From IMG/VR virus record IMGVR_UViG_3300032270_000543, positions 85,887-149,886 of that record: a DNA stretch of 64,000 bases. One strand, given 5' to 3'. Position numbers and translations under genes: made by a program. Source of the stretch: a virus (lineage: Duplodnaviria; Caudoviricetes). The first letter of the stretch is position 1; each line of letters opens with the position of its first letter. Shown here in pieces: positions 63,242 through 64,000 of this stretch. The notes under the pieces were generated by a model. The model had not been told where the DNA came from. It saw only the letters and a program-made list of their open reading frames with translations, and ran no database searches.

Positions 63242-64000
63242 TCACGCAAACAGAGACTCAAGAGTATTTCTTTCCTCGGGACTCCACCCCACCGCATCGG
63301 TGATGGCGCGTAGAGGCTCAAGGAAAGTCTTTTTGAATTGAGTGTCGTAGTCAATGTATTTCTGAAGATCAAACTCCTTGGGCATGGTGGTGGGGAAACC
63401 AATCACGCCTTCGTGGATGGGATTGGGAGTCTTCAGGTAGATGAACTTCATCTTCTCGCCCTCACCAATCAAGCGGTACTTCTTGTCTAGTTTGAGTCGC
63501 TTCACAATTGAGTTGTGCAGCAGAGCCGCCTTCACCGCGATGGGAGTAGCCTTCTTGTAAATGGTAAGCGCGTTGGCGTACTCGTCCATGCTGCTCACGG
63601 AACGAGGCGATGCAACCTCTTCCACAGGCAGGGACTTGAACTCCCGCTCTGTCTTTATCACAAACTGCTGTAGCGTGGGTTCATCGCCCATGAGAACAGT
63701 TTCAATCGCGGTCTTCAGTGCCTTGCGAACATACGCAGGAGTGGACGAACGCGCAGTCTCCATGCCCATGATCTTGAACTTGGGAGTCTTGTAGCGGACA
63801 CCTTCGGCATCCCACACAGACAGCATATACCGCTTCTTGGCAGTCCACACGCCCTTCTCCGCGATGACTTCGCGTCCCATTGACATCTTGTTGGCGTAGG
63901 CATTCATATTCGTAGCCAGTTCCGCAAACTGCTTGTCAATGAACGGTTGCATTACCCGTTCACAGAAATCATTCAAGAAGTCCACGCGCTTGCCTGTGTC
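63242..64000 (-). CDS. family B DNA polymerase (T4 gp43-like), 3' part
   Basis: REVIA...AKKRY...KIMGME..RSSTP; ends LESLF; continues past the window edge. Confidence 0.95.
   Translation of the reverse strand, partial: DTGKRVDFLNDFCERVMQPFIDKQFAELATNMNAYANKMSMGREVIAEKGVWTAKKRYMLSVWDAEGVRYKTPKFKIMGMETARSSTPAYVRKALKTAIETVLMGDEPTLQQFVIKTEREFKSLPVEEVASPRSVSSMDEYANALTIYKKATPIAVKAALLHNSIVKRLKLDKKYRLIGEGEKMKFIYLKTPNPIHEGVIGFPTTMPKEFDLQKYIDYDTQFKKTFLEPLRAITDAVGWSPEERNTLESLFA

Noticed and set aside
44823-64000. Stop-codon recoding, introns or inteins in core genes
   Set aside because: nrdJ, thyX, primase, helicase, uvsX and the gp43 fragment are uninterrupted and of normal size in the standard code; no suppressor tRNA was found.

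Overview
This window is part of a large T4-like dsDNA phage genome. The host is inferred, not proven, to be a planctomycete of the Phycisphaerae type, from phage-borne VPAPG...RRRR PEP-CTERM-type sorting signals. 1-19.4 kb (- strand) is an early/accessory region. It holds many small ORFs, leaderless sigma70-type promoters, a circularly permuted (two-piece) tmRNA gene, three tRNAs (Arg-UCU, Leu-CAA and an atypical UAU tRNA), a candidate novel ncRNA, two PEP-CTERM-type proteins, an ART-like protein and a CobS/MoxR AAA+ plus VWA pair. 19.6-43.3 kb (+ strand) is a late region dominated by an array of proteins with T4-style capsid-targeting N-termini and protease-site-punctuated modules (Nudix, HAD phosphatase+HNH, ParB-like, ligase-like, HxGH nucleotidyltransferase), followed by a large virion protein and lysis-like membrane genes. 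43.3-64 kb (- strand) holds a RuvC-like resolvase, a lipoprotein trypsin, class II RNR (nrdJ), a tail-fibre cluster with three paralogous tip proteins, thyX, primase, gmd, helicase, uvsX and the 3' end of DNA polymerase gp43. All family calls come from motif recognition by eye; no searches were run.
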